Assembly (NCBI GenBank): GCA_040218735.1
Contig: JAVJQW010000042.1
Location: 192,001-256,000, forward strand
DNA: 64,000 bases
Source of the DNA: Deltaproteobacteria bacterium
Lineage (GTDB): Bacteria; Myxococcota; Kuafuiibacteriia; Kuafuiibacteriales; Kuafuiibacteriaceae
Direction of reading: 5' to 3'
Below are positions 50,271-60,100 of the stretch, piece after piece (positions within the stretch are counted from its first letter, which is position 1; each line of letters begins with the position of its first letter). Position numbers and translations under genes: made by a program. The notes beneath the pieces are model-generated. The model did no database searches. It was not told the DNA's origin and was given only the letters and a program-made list of their open reading frames with translations.

Positions 50271-51577
50271 GCGAGAAGAAGGGCACTGGCGTTCCGCTCG
50301 TCGCGATCCTGACGGCGTTCATCGACCTCATCGGCTTTTCGATCATCTTCCCGCTGTTCCCGCAGATGCTGGACCACTACCTCTCGCTGGAGGGGGAGAC
50401 GAGCGCGCTCGCGTCGTTCGTCGTGATGCTCCAGCGGTTCGCCGGGGACGGTGACAACGCCTCCTTCCTGGTTACGGTCTTGTTCGGTGGGTTGCTCGGA
50501 TCGCTGTACTCGATCCTGCAGTTCGTCGCGGCGCCGTTCTGGGGTGGGTTGTCGGATCGCATCGGGCGGCGTTCGACGATCCTGATCACCCTCACGGGCA
50601 CGGCGCTGTCGTACGTGGGTTGGTTCTTCGCGGGGTCGTTCGCGATCTTGGTGTTTGCGCGTCTCCTCGGCGGCGCGATGGCCGGCAACCTCTCGACGGT
50701 CACCGCGGTGGTCGCCGACGTCACCGACGAGAAGAACCGTTCGCGCGGTATGGGCATGGTTGGCGCGGCGATCGGTCTGGGTTTCATCTTCGGCCCGGCC
50801 ATCGGCGGCATGTCCTCGTTCTTCGATCTCACCGAGTACCTCCCGTCGCTCGTGCCGTACGGCCTGAACCCGTTCTCGATCGCGGCGGCGATCGCGTTTT
50901 CGTTCTCGGCGATCAACCTGACCGTCGCGGTGTTTCGGTTCCCGGAGACGCTCCCGCCGGAGGCGCGCGGGCAGTCGATCTCTCAGCGCACCGCGAACCC
51001 GTTCAAACTACTTCGCGGGATCGATCAGCCGGGCGTGCAGCGTGTGAACGGGATCTCGTTCCTGTTCCTCACCGCGTTCTCCGCGATGGAGTTCACGCTC
51101 GTGTTCCTCACCGTGGAGCGCCTGAGTTATTCGCCGCGCGACAACGGACTGATGTTCGTGTTCATCGGGTTCGTGATCGCGCTGGTGCAGGGCGGTGTCT
51201 TGCGACGCCTCGGTCCCAAGGTCGGTGAGCACAAACTCGTCCTCGTCGGCCTGGCTGCGGTGGTGCCCGGCTTCATCGCGATCTCGTTCGTCGACCGCGC
51301 CTCGGTGCTCTACCTCGGCCTCTTCCTCATGGCGTTCGGCTCGGCGCTGGTCATCCCGTGCACGTCGGCGCTCGTGTCGCGCTACGCACCGAAGGCCCAA
51401 CAGGGCCTCGCGCTCGGATTGTTCCGCTCGGTCGGCGCGCTGTCGCGTGCGTTGGGGCCGATCGTCGGGGGCCTGCTGTACTGGCGCTTCGGCGCGTCGA
51501 CGCCGTACATCGCGGCGGCCGCCTACCTCGTGCTGCCGTTGCTGTTGGCGGTGAAGCTACCGCCGCTCGATCGTTAG
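50267..51577 (+). CDS. MFS transporter, DHA1/TetA-like
   Basis: [22 protein letters not shown] motif [13 protein letters not shown] motif C. Confidence 0.92.
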   Translation: MSEKKGTGVPLVAILTAFIDLIGFSIIFPLFPQMLDHYLSLEGETSALASFVVMLQRFAGDGDNASFLVTVLFGGLLGSLYSILQFVAAPFWGGLSDRIGRRSTILITLTGTALSYVGWFFAGSFAILVFARLLGGAMAGNLSTVTAVVADVTDEKNRSRGMGMVGAAIGLGFIFGPAIGGMSSFFDLTEYLPSLVPYGLNPFSIAAAIAFSFSAINLTVAVFRFPETLPPEARGQSISQRTANPFKLLRGIDQPGVQRVNGISFLFLTAFSAMEFTLVFLTVERLSYSPRDNGLMFVFIGFVIALVQGGVLRRLGPKVGEHKLVLVGLAAVVPGFIAISFVDRASVLYLGLFLMAFGSALVIPCTSALVSRYAPKAQQGLALGLFRSVGALSRALGPIVGGLLYWRFGASTPYIAAAAYLVLPLLLAVKLPPLDR

Positions 51578-52038
51578 CCGAGCCTGTCGAGCGCGGCGCG
51601 CGCTTCTTCGACGTGTTTCGACGCCGAGAACCGCGCGTCGGTGACGTGGGCGATCTTGCCTTCCTTGTCGATCACGTAGGTCTTGCGTCCGGCCATCAGG
51701 CCGAACGTCGACATCGCTTCGTACTGCTTGGCGACGACGTGGCCCGGGTCCGAGAGGATCGAGAACGGCAGCTTGTGTTTCGATGAGAAGGCGCGGTGGC
51801 GGGCTTCGCCGTCGCCGCTGACGCCGAGGATCTCCGCGTCGGCGCCCTCGAAGTCGGCGTACTCGTCGCGGAACTGGCAGGCTTCCTTGGTGCAGATCGG
51901 CGTGTCGTCGCGCGGGTAGAAGTACACGACCACGTTCTTCTTGCCGCGGAAGTCGCTCAGCGTGACCGACGCCCCTGACTGATCCTTCAACGTGAAATCG
52001 GGCGCGACCTCTCCGACGTTCGGCACGCCTCGATCCAT
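51574..52038 (-). CDS. bcp: Peroxiredoxin, BCP/PrxQ family
   Basis: [37 protein letters not shown]. Confidence 0.92.
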   Translation of the reverse strand: MDRGVPNVGEVAPDFTLKDQSGASVTLSDFRGKKNVVVYFYPRDDTPICTKEACQFRDEYADFEGADAEILGVSGDGEARHRAFSSKHKLPFSILSDPGHVVAKQYEAMSTFGLMAGRKTYVIDKEGKIAHVTDARFSASKHVEEARAALDRLG

Positions 52039-52132
52039 ACGCGGGTTGCCATCGGATCGCCACAGCCTCGGCCCGACCTCTTCACGCCTTCGGCCCCGGG
52101 TTCGCCACGCATCGCGCGTTCTCGTCGTCGTG

Positions 52133-52621
52133 ATGACCCAACGTGCTCACCCGATCCGACGTGTCCTTCTCCTGGTCGCGGGCCCAACGCTCGTCGGCCT
52201 GACCTCGCTGCTCGGCGGCCACGCGAGTGGCTCCGCCGCGCTCTCGCTGCCGGCCCTGTGGGTCGGCGTCCTCTTCGTGATGCTGCCGACGCTGTACATC
52301 GGCGCCGCGATCCTGCAAGTCGCGCCCTCCGCGTCCGAGCTCGGTCGCGCGGCGGTGGAAGCGCTCGAACGCTCCAGCGTCGTCTTCCTCGGCCTCGTCC
52401 CCGCGCTCGCGTTCCTCGTCGCGACGAGCGTCGAGAGCGTAACGGCCGGTTTGCTCACCAAGGGCGTCGTCGGCCTCGGCGCCGTCCTCGGCCTGTCGGC
52501 CTTCTACCGCCTCGTATTCGACGACCGTGCGCACCGCGGGCGAATCCTCGCGCTGTTCTCGGTCTGGTCGGTCGTGTGTCTCGCGATCGGCGCCCACCTG
52601 TTCAACGCCGCGCAGGGCTGA
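52133..52621 (+). CDS. Hypothetical integral membrane protein
   Basis: About five hydrophobic helices; first gene of a 3-gene unit. Confidence 0.7.
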   Translation: MTQRAHPIRRVLLLVAGPTLVGLTSLLGGHASGSAALSLPALWVGVLFVMLPTLYIGAAILQVAPSASELGRAAVEALERSSVVFLGLVPALAFLVATSVESVTAGLLTKGVVGLGAVLGLSAFYRLVFDDRAHRGRILALFSVWSVVCLAIGAHLFNAAQG

Positions 52622-52632
52622 AGGAGAACCTC

Positions 52633-53397
52633 ATGACCACCGCCATCCACGACCAGCTCCTCGTCTCCTCGGCCACGAAGCCGCCGCCGCCCCTCGCCGA
52701 CCACCCCCTTGGCGTCGTCGATCAGCTGCTGCGCAGCTCCGGCACGTTCCTCGACCAGATCGAGCAGACCGACGATCTCACGCGCATTGCGAAGACCCTG
52801 ATCGTCACGATCATCCTCTCGAGCGCCGCCTTCGGCGCGGCGATCGGCGCGTCGCGCATGGGGCTGCAGCCGCTCTACGCGGCGCTGAAGCTCCCGCTCG
52901 TCGTGCTCCTCACCGCGGGCCTCACGGTCCCCGCGTTCTCGGCGCTGACGAAGGCGAGCGTGGGGGTGTCCTCGCTGCGCCGCGATCTCTTGCTCGTTCT
53001 CTCGTCGCTCGCGCTCACGTCGATGGTGCTCGCCGCGCTCGCGCCCGTCGTGCTCCTCGGCGTGATGGTCGACGTGCGCTACCACGCGCTCATCCTCCTC
53101 GTTGTCGGCTGCTGCGGCGTCGGTGGTCTCGCGGGCTTGGTGTTCTTCCTGCGCGGCGTGTCGCGTCGCTCCACGAAGGTGCCGAAGCTCGCGACGCTCA
53201 TCGCGCTGTCGGTGTTCGCGCTCGTCGGTTCGCAGATGTCGTGGACGTTGCGTCCGTTCGTCTCGCGGCCGCGCGCGGAGGTCGAGCTGGTGCGCTCCAT
53301 CGAAGGGAGCTTCCTCGACGCCGTCGCCACGTCGATGCGCTCCGCCCGCGGCATCTACACGCGTGACTCGGCCCCGCTGCCGGAGGACTCGCAGTGA
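52633..53397 (+). CDS. Hypothetical integral membrane protein (Yip1-like topology)
   Basis: AAGGAG RBS; ALKLPL, five TM helices, VGSQMSWTLRPFV. Confidence 0.75.
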   Translation: MTTAIHDQLLVSSATKPPPPLADHPLGVVDQLLRSSGTFLDQIEQTDDLTRIAKTLIVTIILSSAAFGAAIGASRMGLQPLYAALKLPLVVLLTAGLTVPAFSALTKASVGVSSLRRDLLLVLSSLALTSMVLAALAPVVLLGVMVDVRYHALILLVVGCCGVGGLAGLVFFLRGVSRRSTKVPKLATLIALSVFALVGSQMSWTLRPFVSRPRAEVELVRSIEGSFLDAVATSMRSARGIYTRDSAPLPEDSQ

Positions 53398-53972
53398 GGA
53401 CGTTCGAGTTACTCGCCGTCTACGGTGCGTTCGGGCTGACGTGCGCGTTGACGCTGCTGTTCGTCGCGCGCGGTCGCGTCGCGGACGCGGCGTTGCTCGT
53501 CCCGTTCTGGCCGCTCTACGGACCGTTCCTCGTGCTCGACGCGATGAAGCCGACGGAGGGCTTCGAACGCCTCCTCCCGGATCGCCTGACGATGGCGCGG
53601 CTGCACGAGCGCATGACTCTGGCGCGGGGCCGCGTCGAGCGCATCGATGCGCTCCTACGTCAGCCGGACTTCTCGGCGGTCGGAACGGAGGCGCGGCGCG
53701 AGGAGCTCCTCGCACGGGGCGACGATCGCGCCGCTGCGAGCACCGCGGCGCGGCTCGAGAACATCCGCCGCCTGGAGCGACTGCGCGAACGTTTCACGCG
53801 AGAGCTCGTCGAGCTCGAAGAGCTCCTCGCGCAGCTCGACGTTCAGTCGGAAGTCGTCCGCCTCGCCGGTGCGACGAACGAGGAGACGCGGCTGCTCGTC
53901 GAGCAGATCGTGAGTCGTGTGGAGGGCCTCGACACGATCCTCGACATCGACGACGCCGAGGCGCGAGTTTGA
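53394..53972 (+). CDS. Hypothetical membrane-anchored coiled-coil protein
   Basis: N-terminal TM with FWPLYGP, then coiled coil; GTGA overlap. Confidence 0.7.
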   Translation: MRTFELLAVYGAFGLTCALTLLFVARGRVADAALLVPFWPLYGPFLVLDAMKPTEGFERLLPDRLTMARLHERMTLARGRVERIDALLRQPDFSAVGTEARREELLARGDDRAAASTAARLENIRRLERLRERFTRELVELEELLAQLDVQSEVVRLAGATNEETRLLVEQIVSRVEGLDTILDIDDAEARV

Positions 53973-53976
53973 AAGC

Positions 53977-54828
53977 TCAGTTGCAGGCGGCCTGGGCGCG
54001 CGTGAGTTTGGCCTGGACGTTCTTGCTGTAGGTCGGCGCCTTGGGGAGCACGCTCTGGAGCGTGGCCATCGCTTCTTCGCAGCGCTCGATCTTCCCGAGA
54101 TCGATCGCGTGGTCGAACGCGAGCTGCGGGTTGTCGGGGTGTTTCTTGCGCAGCTTGGCCGAGTAGATCAGCGGCTCGTCGAAGAGCCCGGGGACGCGCA
54201 CCGTGAACGAACGCGCCACGACCATCGCCTCGCTCTGGTAGACGCTCTTGTTTTTCAGCAGCAGCGCCATCGCCTTCTTGCCGCGCTTGCCGTCGCCCCG
54301 CATCCCGAGGAGCGCGCAGGCGGCGCGGACGTGCCAGTCGGCGTGAGTGATCGCGAGGTTGATGAGCGCTTCGGCGTAGAAGTAGCTCGGCGAGCCCTTC
54401 TTCTTTTCGCGTCGTTCCTCGAGGAGCGTCTGCGCGCGACGCGCGGCGCGCATGGCGTCCATCTTCTCCTCCTGCTCGGCGAAGACACGCACGCGACGGA
54501 ACTCGGCCTCCAGCACGAGGTCCGCGAAGCGCAGCTCGCTGCCGTGCTCACGGCCGAACTTCTCCATCGCGTCGAGGTCCGCCTGCATCTCCGCCCAGAG
54601 GTGATCGGCGTCGTCGAACAGCGCGATCTCCATCTCCTTCATCGTTGCGGAGACCCACAGCGCGCAGGCTTGGTCGTCGAGGTCCTTCGACGCCGCGAGC
54701 TCCGCGATGCGTGCTTTGGCTTCGTCGATGTGCGCGGAGTAGACGAGGTTCGCCGTCTTCATGCAGTCGGGGTCGACGTACCAGGCGGCGCTCGGAGCGA
54801 GGAGGGCGAGCGCGACGACCGAGACCAC
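53977..54828 (-). CDS. Hypothetical secreted alpha-helical (TPR-like) protein
   Basis: Signal peptide; helical repeats; paired Cys. Confidence 0.6.
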   Translation of the reverse strand: MVSVVALALLAPSAAWYVDPDCMKTANLVYSAHIDEAKARIAELAASKDLDDQACALWVSATMKEMEIALFDDADHLWAEMQADLDAMEKFGREHGSELRFADLVLEAEFRRVRVFAEQEEKMDAMRAARRAQTLLEERREKKKGSPSYFYAEALINLAITHADWHVRAACALLGMRGDGKRGKKAMALLLKNKSVYQSEAMVVARSFTVRVPGLFDEPLIYSAKLRKKHPDNPQLAFDHAIDLGKIERCEEAMATLQSVLPKAPTYSKNVQAKLTRAQAACN

Positions 54829-54903
54829 ACTTCAGCGTAACCCGGAGGCGGGCTCGACGCGAACCGCCTCGCCATCACTTTCGGAACGTGAACATCATGC
54901 GGC

Positions 54904-55749
54904 GTGGTCCGGACGCGGTACTTGGCGCTCACGCTCGTACTCTGTGGATGTGAGGACGGAGCGCTCATCGAGACCGTCGCCCAGCTCGACGCGGCGATTC
55001 ACGAGGCGCGCGTCCGGTCGAGGGTGTTGATGCAGCGGCGGAACGCATTGGCCGCCGCGCCGGGGGCGCCGAAGTCGATCGGCGCGGGCGGCTCCGGGCT
55101 CGTTCGTGCGCGGATCGTCGGGATGGGGAGCTCCGACCACGTGACCGTAGAGGAGCAGCCGGGGCAGCTCTCGATCGTGGTGCGCGGAGAGCGCGGTCGG
55201 CGACAGGCGGCGCAGGCGTTGCTCGCCTACGGCGTGGACGCGCCGCAACTCGAGTTGCAAGCGGTGAAGTTGGAGGAGCCGGCGTGGTCGATGAAGTTGT
55301 CGCTCGCGCGTCCTGCGGACGTGGCGACGGCGACGATTTCGACGACTTCGATTCAGGTCCCCGAGCCTTCGTTCTTCTCGTTCTCCGAGGGGGAGGCGCT
55401 GCATCGCCGTGCGGAGGCGAAGGCGCGCGAGCTGGAGCAGCTGAACAAGATCATCGTGGAGCTGGAGGGTCGCCTCGCTCAGCAGAAGGCTTCGGTGGCG
55501 GCGGCGGTCGATGAAGCGACGATGACGCGCTTCCGCGCGCGCCGGTACTTCGCGATCGCGTTGCTGCCCGACGTGACGAAGGGGCAGCTCACGTTCGCGG
55601 AGGATCGCGCGACGTGGAAGGGCGCGACGAGCTACACGACGCTCGACGAAGCGAAGGCGGCGCTGAGTGGTCGCGGCGAGGTGATCGGGTTTGCGCCCGG
55701 CGAGCGCGGGAGCTTGGAAGCGAAGGTGGGCGCGACCGACTCGCCGTGA
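54904..55749 (+). CDS. Hypothetical lipoprotein
   Basis: Lipobox LCGC; coiled-coil segments. Confidence 0.55.
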   Translation: MVRTRYLALTLVLCGCEDGALIETVAQLDAAIHEARVRSRVLMQRRNALAAAPGAPKSIGAGGSGLVRARIVGMGSSDHVTVEEQPGQLSIVVRGERGRRQAAQALLAYGVDAPQLELQAVKLEEPAWSMKLSLARPADVATATISTTSIQVPEPSFFSFSEGEALHRRAEAKARELEQLNKIIVELEGRLAQQKASVAAAVDEATMTRFRARRYFAIALLPDVTKGQLTFAEDRATWKGATSYTTLDEAKAALSGRGEVIGFAPGERGSLEAKVGATDSP

Positions 55750-56520
55750 TCAAGGACGCAGCGACGTCCCGCCGTCGATGATGATCGTCTGCCCCTGAAT
55801 CATGTTCGCGCGGTCCGAAGCCAAGAACGCGATCGTGTCCGCGACGTCCTCCGGCGCGATGTTCCGATCCACCATCGAACGCTGACGACGCTCCTCGAGG
55901 ACCGCCTCCACGCCGGGCAGCGCACGCAGCGAGCCCGTATCGACGACGCCGGCCCTCACGCAGTTCACGTTGATCCCGCGGTGCCCGAGCTCCAGCGCCG
56001 CGTGCCGCGTCATCGACTCGATCGCCGCCTTGCACGCCCCGATCGCGCCATACATGGGGAGCGCGCGCTCCGCGCCCCAGCTCGACACCGTGACCACCTT
56101 CGAACGCTGCCCGTCGTTCGCGCGCGCCTCCAACAGCGGCGCTGCCTTCTGCGTGAGGAGCATGAACGCCCGGACGTTCAGGTGAATGGCGTAATCGAGC
56201 TGGCTGCCGGACGTCTCGAGCAACGGCCTGAAGCCACCGCCCGCCGCGTTCGACACCAGGATGTCGAGCCCGCCGAGCTGATCCGCGACGGCCTCGACGA
56301 GGTTCGTGGTGTCATCCTCTTCGGACAGGTCCGCGCGCACGACCAAGGTCCGGCGCCCCATCGCGAGGATCTCCGCGCCGACCTCCTCCGCGTTGCGTCG
56401 CGCGTTCACGTAGGTGATCGCGACGTCCGCTCCAGCCCGCGCGAGCGCGAGCGCGGCGGCGCGACCGATGCCGCGTGAGCCTCCAGTGACGAGTGCGAGG
56501 CGCCCCGAAAGGTCGATCAC
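55750..56520 (-). CDS. SDR oxidoreductase, FabL-like enoyl-ACP reductase
   Basis: TGGSRGIG, LVSNAA, catalytic Y-x6-K (YGAIGACK), GQTIIIDGG; GTGA overlap with the PPTase gene. Confidence 0.82.
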   Translation of the reverse strand: MIDLSGRLALVTGGSRGIGRAAALALARAGADVAITYVNARRNAEEVGAEILAMGRRTLVVRADLSEEDDTTNLVEAVADQLGGLDILVSNAAGGGFRPLLETSGSQLDYAIHLNVRAFMLLTQKAAPLLEARANDGQRSKVVTVSSWGAERALPMYGAIGACKAAIESMTRHAALELGHRGINVNCVRAGVVDTGSLRALPGVEAVLEERRQRSMVDRNIAPEDVADTIAFLASDRANMIQGQTIIIDGGTSLRP

Positions 56521-57128
56521 GCTGCGCTCCCGACGCGCGCCCAGCACATCGTTCGCCCGCGGTGCACGATCGATCCAACCTCGCGTCGCAAGACGGTCGG
56601 GACCTCGAGATCCGAGAAGCTACGCCTGAACCCCACGCCGAGGTACTTCGCATAGGCTTCCTTCTCGCACCACAACGTCGTCGCGCTCAGATCACGATCC
56701 GCCGCGGCCTCGATGTGGCGCCGCTCGTCACGTGTGAACGCCAACGACAGGAAGCTCTCGTCGCGAGGCTCCACCACCTCGGCGTCTACGCCGACCTGCG
56801 CCTCGGACCACGTCGCCATCGCCAGGTCCGCGGAGTGGGAGATCGACAAACACCCCACCGGCCGCGCCCCGATCCACGCGACGGGCCGCCCCGACGTCGG
56901 ACCCTCCGCCTCCGCCCGGATCTCGAGCTGCGTGAACGACAAACCGGTGTGCCGCTGGAGGGCACGCTTCGCAGCCATGCGCCCCGCGAGCCAGTCACGT
57001 CGGCGCTTCAGGTAACGGAGCGCCGCGAAGTCCGCGGCCTCTCGCGCCGTCAACGCCGACACCAACCGCTCACGCGCGGCCCAGACCTCGTCGATCGACA
57101 ACGCGATGATGTCGTTGGGGAGCTTCAT
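56517..57128 (-). CDS. 4'-phosphopantetheinyl transferase (Sfp-type)
   Basis: WLAGRMAAK, GRP, LSISHS, VGVDAE, WCEKEAYAK; ATGA overlap with the PKS. Confidence 0.9.
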   Translation of the reverse strand: MKLPNDIIALSIDEVWAARERLVSALTAREAADFAALRYLKRRRDWLAGRMAAKRALQRHTGLSFTQLEIRAEAEGPTSGRPVAWIGARPVGCLSISHSADLAMATWSEAQVGVDAEVVEPRDESFLSLAFTRDERRHIEAAADRDLSATTLWCEKEAYAKYLGVGFRRSFSDLEVPTVLRREVGSIVHRGRTMCWARVGSAA

Positions 57129-60100
57129 GTCGTCGGCACCACCTGCGCGCGATAACGTCGTACCGCGACGAGCGGCCCGTGCGCCGACATCACCTCGAAG
57201 TCGGCGACCAGCGCATCGTCCGTGACCTCCACGAAACGCACCGCGAGACGAACCCGCTCCCCCGCCGCCTCGAGCACGCGTTTACTCACGTCCACACGAC
57301 CGAACCCCGCGGGCAACGCGACCACGCCGTGCAGGATGCGCCCGAGCATCCCGACCGCCTGGAGGCACCCGTCGAGTAGCGCCGCGGGGAGCTGCCATCG
57401 TCCGGCGTCGGAGCCCGGAACGAGCGAGGTCGGCGCGGGCACGATCAGCTGCGCGACGCCACCGCCGTCCCCGGCGGACACGCCTTCCAGGCACCGGAAC
57501 ACCGGACCGTGGAAGATCATTCGCGAGCCGGGCGTGCGGTCGATGCTCTTGGGGTACGGATAGACGATCGTCTCACCTTCGGCGGCGACGTCGAGCGACG
57601 CGACGGGGGCCTGCGAGGGGACCCGCCGTCCGCGCACGAACACCCGCGCGGGCTCCAACACGACGCCGTCCTGCTTGCGCACCGTCGAGGCGATCGACAA
57701 CGCGTCGCCCTCCCTTCGCGCGAGCACCGTAACGGCGCCGTCTTCGTCGACCTTGAGCGGCCGCTCGATCTGCACGTCGGCGAGCGACCAGTGCTCACCC
57801 GGATCGAGGTTCGACAGCTCGGACATGAGCTCCAGGCTCACCACCGCCGGGACGATCGGCGTCGCGCCCATGCGGTGCTGATCGAGGAATGGCTCCGTCG
57901 CGTCGAGCGTGCGTTCGATCGTCGCGCCGTCCGCGTCGGCGGTGACGAGGTGATCGATCATCGGGCTCGCCGCCGCGCGGCGCGCGCGCTCCAACCATTT
58001 CGGACGATCGCTCTCCGCCACGAGGAGTCGATCCATGTCCAACGCGTCGAGGCGCTCGCAGATCGTGATCTCCGACTCCGGGAGCCCCGCCCACAGCTCG
58101 CGCACGAGGTGATTCGCACCCTCCGCCGGCGTCATGAACGCCTGCCCCGCCTTCTCCAGGAACGCCTTCGCCGACGAGCGCGCCGCGAGGCCGACCTCGG
58201 AGAACGCCGCCCAGGCGATCGCGGTGACGTGGACGTCGTGCGTCGCACGGTACGCGGAGAGCAACCGCGCCTCGGCTTCGTTTGCGATGGCGTAGTCGGT
58301 CTGTCCGTGGCCACCGAAGCGGCCCGACACCGAAGAGAACCCGACGACGTGGGTCAGCGGATCGTCCTTGGTCAGCGCGAGCAGATGGACGAGGCCGTCG
58401 ACCTTGCCGCCGAGCGTGCGCTCGAACAGCGCGTCGGTCTTCTTGTCGAACGGCTTGGCGACCTCGACGCCCGCGCCGTGCAGCACGCCCTCGATCGGCC
58501 CGCGCACGCGTGTCTTCGTGAGCACCGCGGCGAGCGCTTCGCGGTCGGCGATGTCCACCGCGTAGTAGACGACGCTCGAGCCGCGCTCGGCGATCTGTCG
58601 GAGCGTCGCGTCGATCTCCAGCGACTTGTCGATCGACTCACACCGCTGCTTCCACGCGATCGGCGAGAAGCCGCCCTCCGACTTCATCGCCTGCAAGATG
58701 TCTTGCTTCAGCTTGTCGAGCCCCGCGTCGTCGAGCGCGCGCCACTGCGCGAGCGTCGCCTCCTCCGGGAGGGGGTGGCGCCCGAGCAGGACGAGCCGCG
58801 GTTGGTAGAGCTCCGCGAGGCGGATCGCCATCTTCGCGGTCACGCCACGCGCGCCGCCGGTCACGATCCACGTCGCGGGCAGGCGGTCGGGTGAAGCCGC
58901 CGGCTCCGCGCGCCGCTCGGCCATCTTCAGCACGAGGCGCTTGCCGCGCAGCAGACCCACCTCCAGCGGACCGCCGGGCGCATCGAGCTCGGCGATCAAC
59001 GCCTCCGCGACCTGCGACGGAGACTCCGAAGGGCTCGCGTCGAGGGCCTGTACGGAGAGCCCGTCGAATTCGCGGCGCACGGACTTCAGGAGGCCGAGGA
59101 GCCCCCCGCCGTCGCCGGTGCCCTGAGCGGCGTTGTCGAACCCGAGTGCGCCGCCGAGGAACGTCACCCCGAACACGGTGCCGTCCTTACGGTGCGGCGC
59201 CCACGCGCGGAGGAGCTCGAACGGAGCGAACAGCGATCGAGCGCGTCGTGTCGACCAGGTCGCGGCGTCGACCGCCCACGCGGCCTTGGCTTCGACCGTC
59301 GAGACGATCCCGATCGCGTCGACCGTGTCGATGCCCAACGTATCGAGTCGTCGCGTCGCGCGCGTCGCGTCGGCCTCGACGTGGACGTCGCTGCCTCGCG
59401 CCGTCATCGCCGCGGCGATCGCCTGGACGTGCGCGCCTTCGCCCACGAGCAGCAGTCGCTTCGGCGTGAAGGTTCGCGACGCCGAGCGCCGCGGCGCATC
59501 GACGACCCGCACGACCTGACGCCGCATCACCTCGGTGAGCTCGACGACGCCCGCGCCGCTCTCGGTGAGGTCCTCGACGCGTTCGATCCGCGACGGTGTC
59601 CGCCGCGTCCCGTACTCGACCGTGAGGAAGTCGACGTCTTCCGTAGAACCCGGCGGGAGCACGCGGTCCGTGACGTGGAGTCGACGCGAGCCCGGCTCGA
59701 CGACGAGGCTCATCACGTTGTCCACGCGTCGCACAGTGTTCATCGTCGCGTGCACGACTTCGCGCCCGCGGCCGTGATCGTGACGGTCACGCAGGAGCTG
59801 CTTCGCGCGGTCCACCGTCATCGGGCCCGGCTCCGAGACGAGCTCACACGCGCGCTTCTCGCGGAGCGCGGAGTGCGCAGGGACTTCACCGCCGTCGGCC
59901 GGTGCGAGGCGAGAGTGGTTGGTGCTGGTGAGCTCGCGCCCGACCTCCTCGCGCGCGACGATCGTGTCGTCGTCGTACTCGATGTAGTGGGCGCGGTCGG
60001 TGTCGGCGTCCGAGACGAGGACGCTCCAGCGCCCCGCCTTGTGTGCGGACTCGACCATCTGCACCGCCTGCTCGATGGAGGAAGCCCCCTCCAGGATCTG

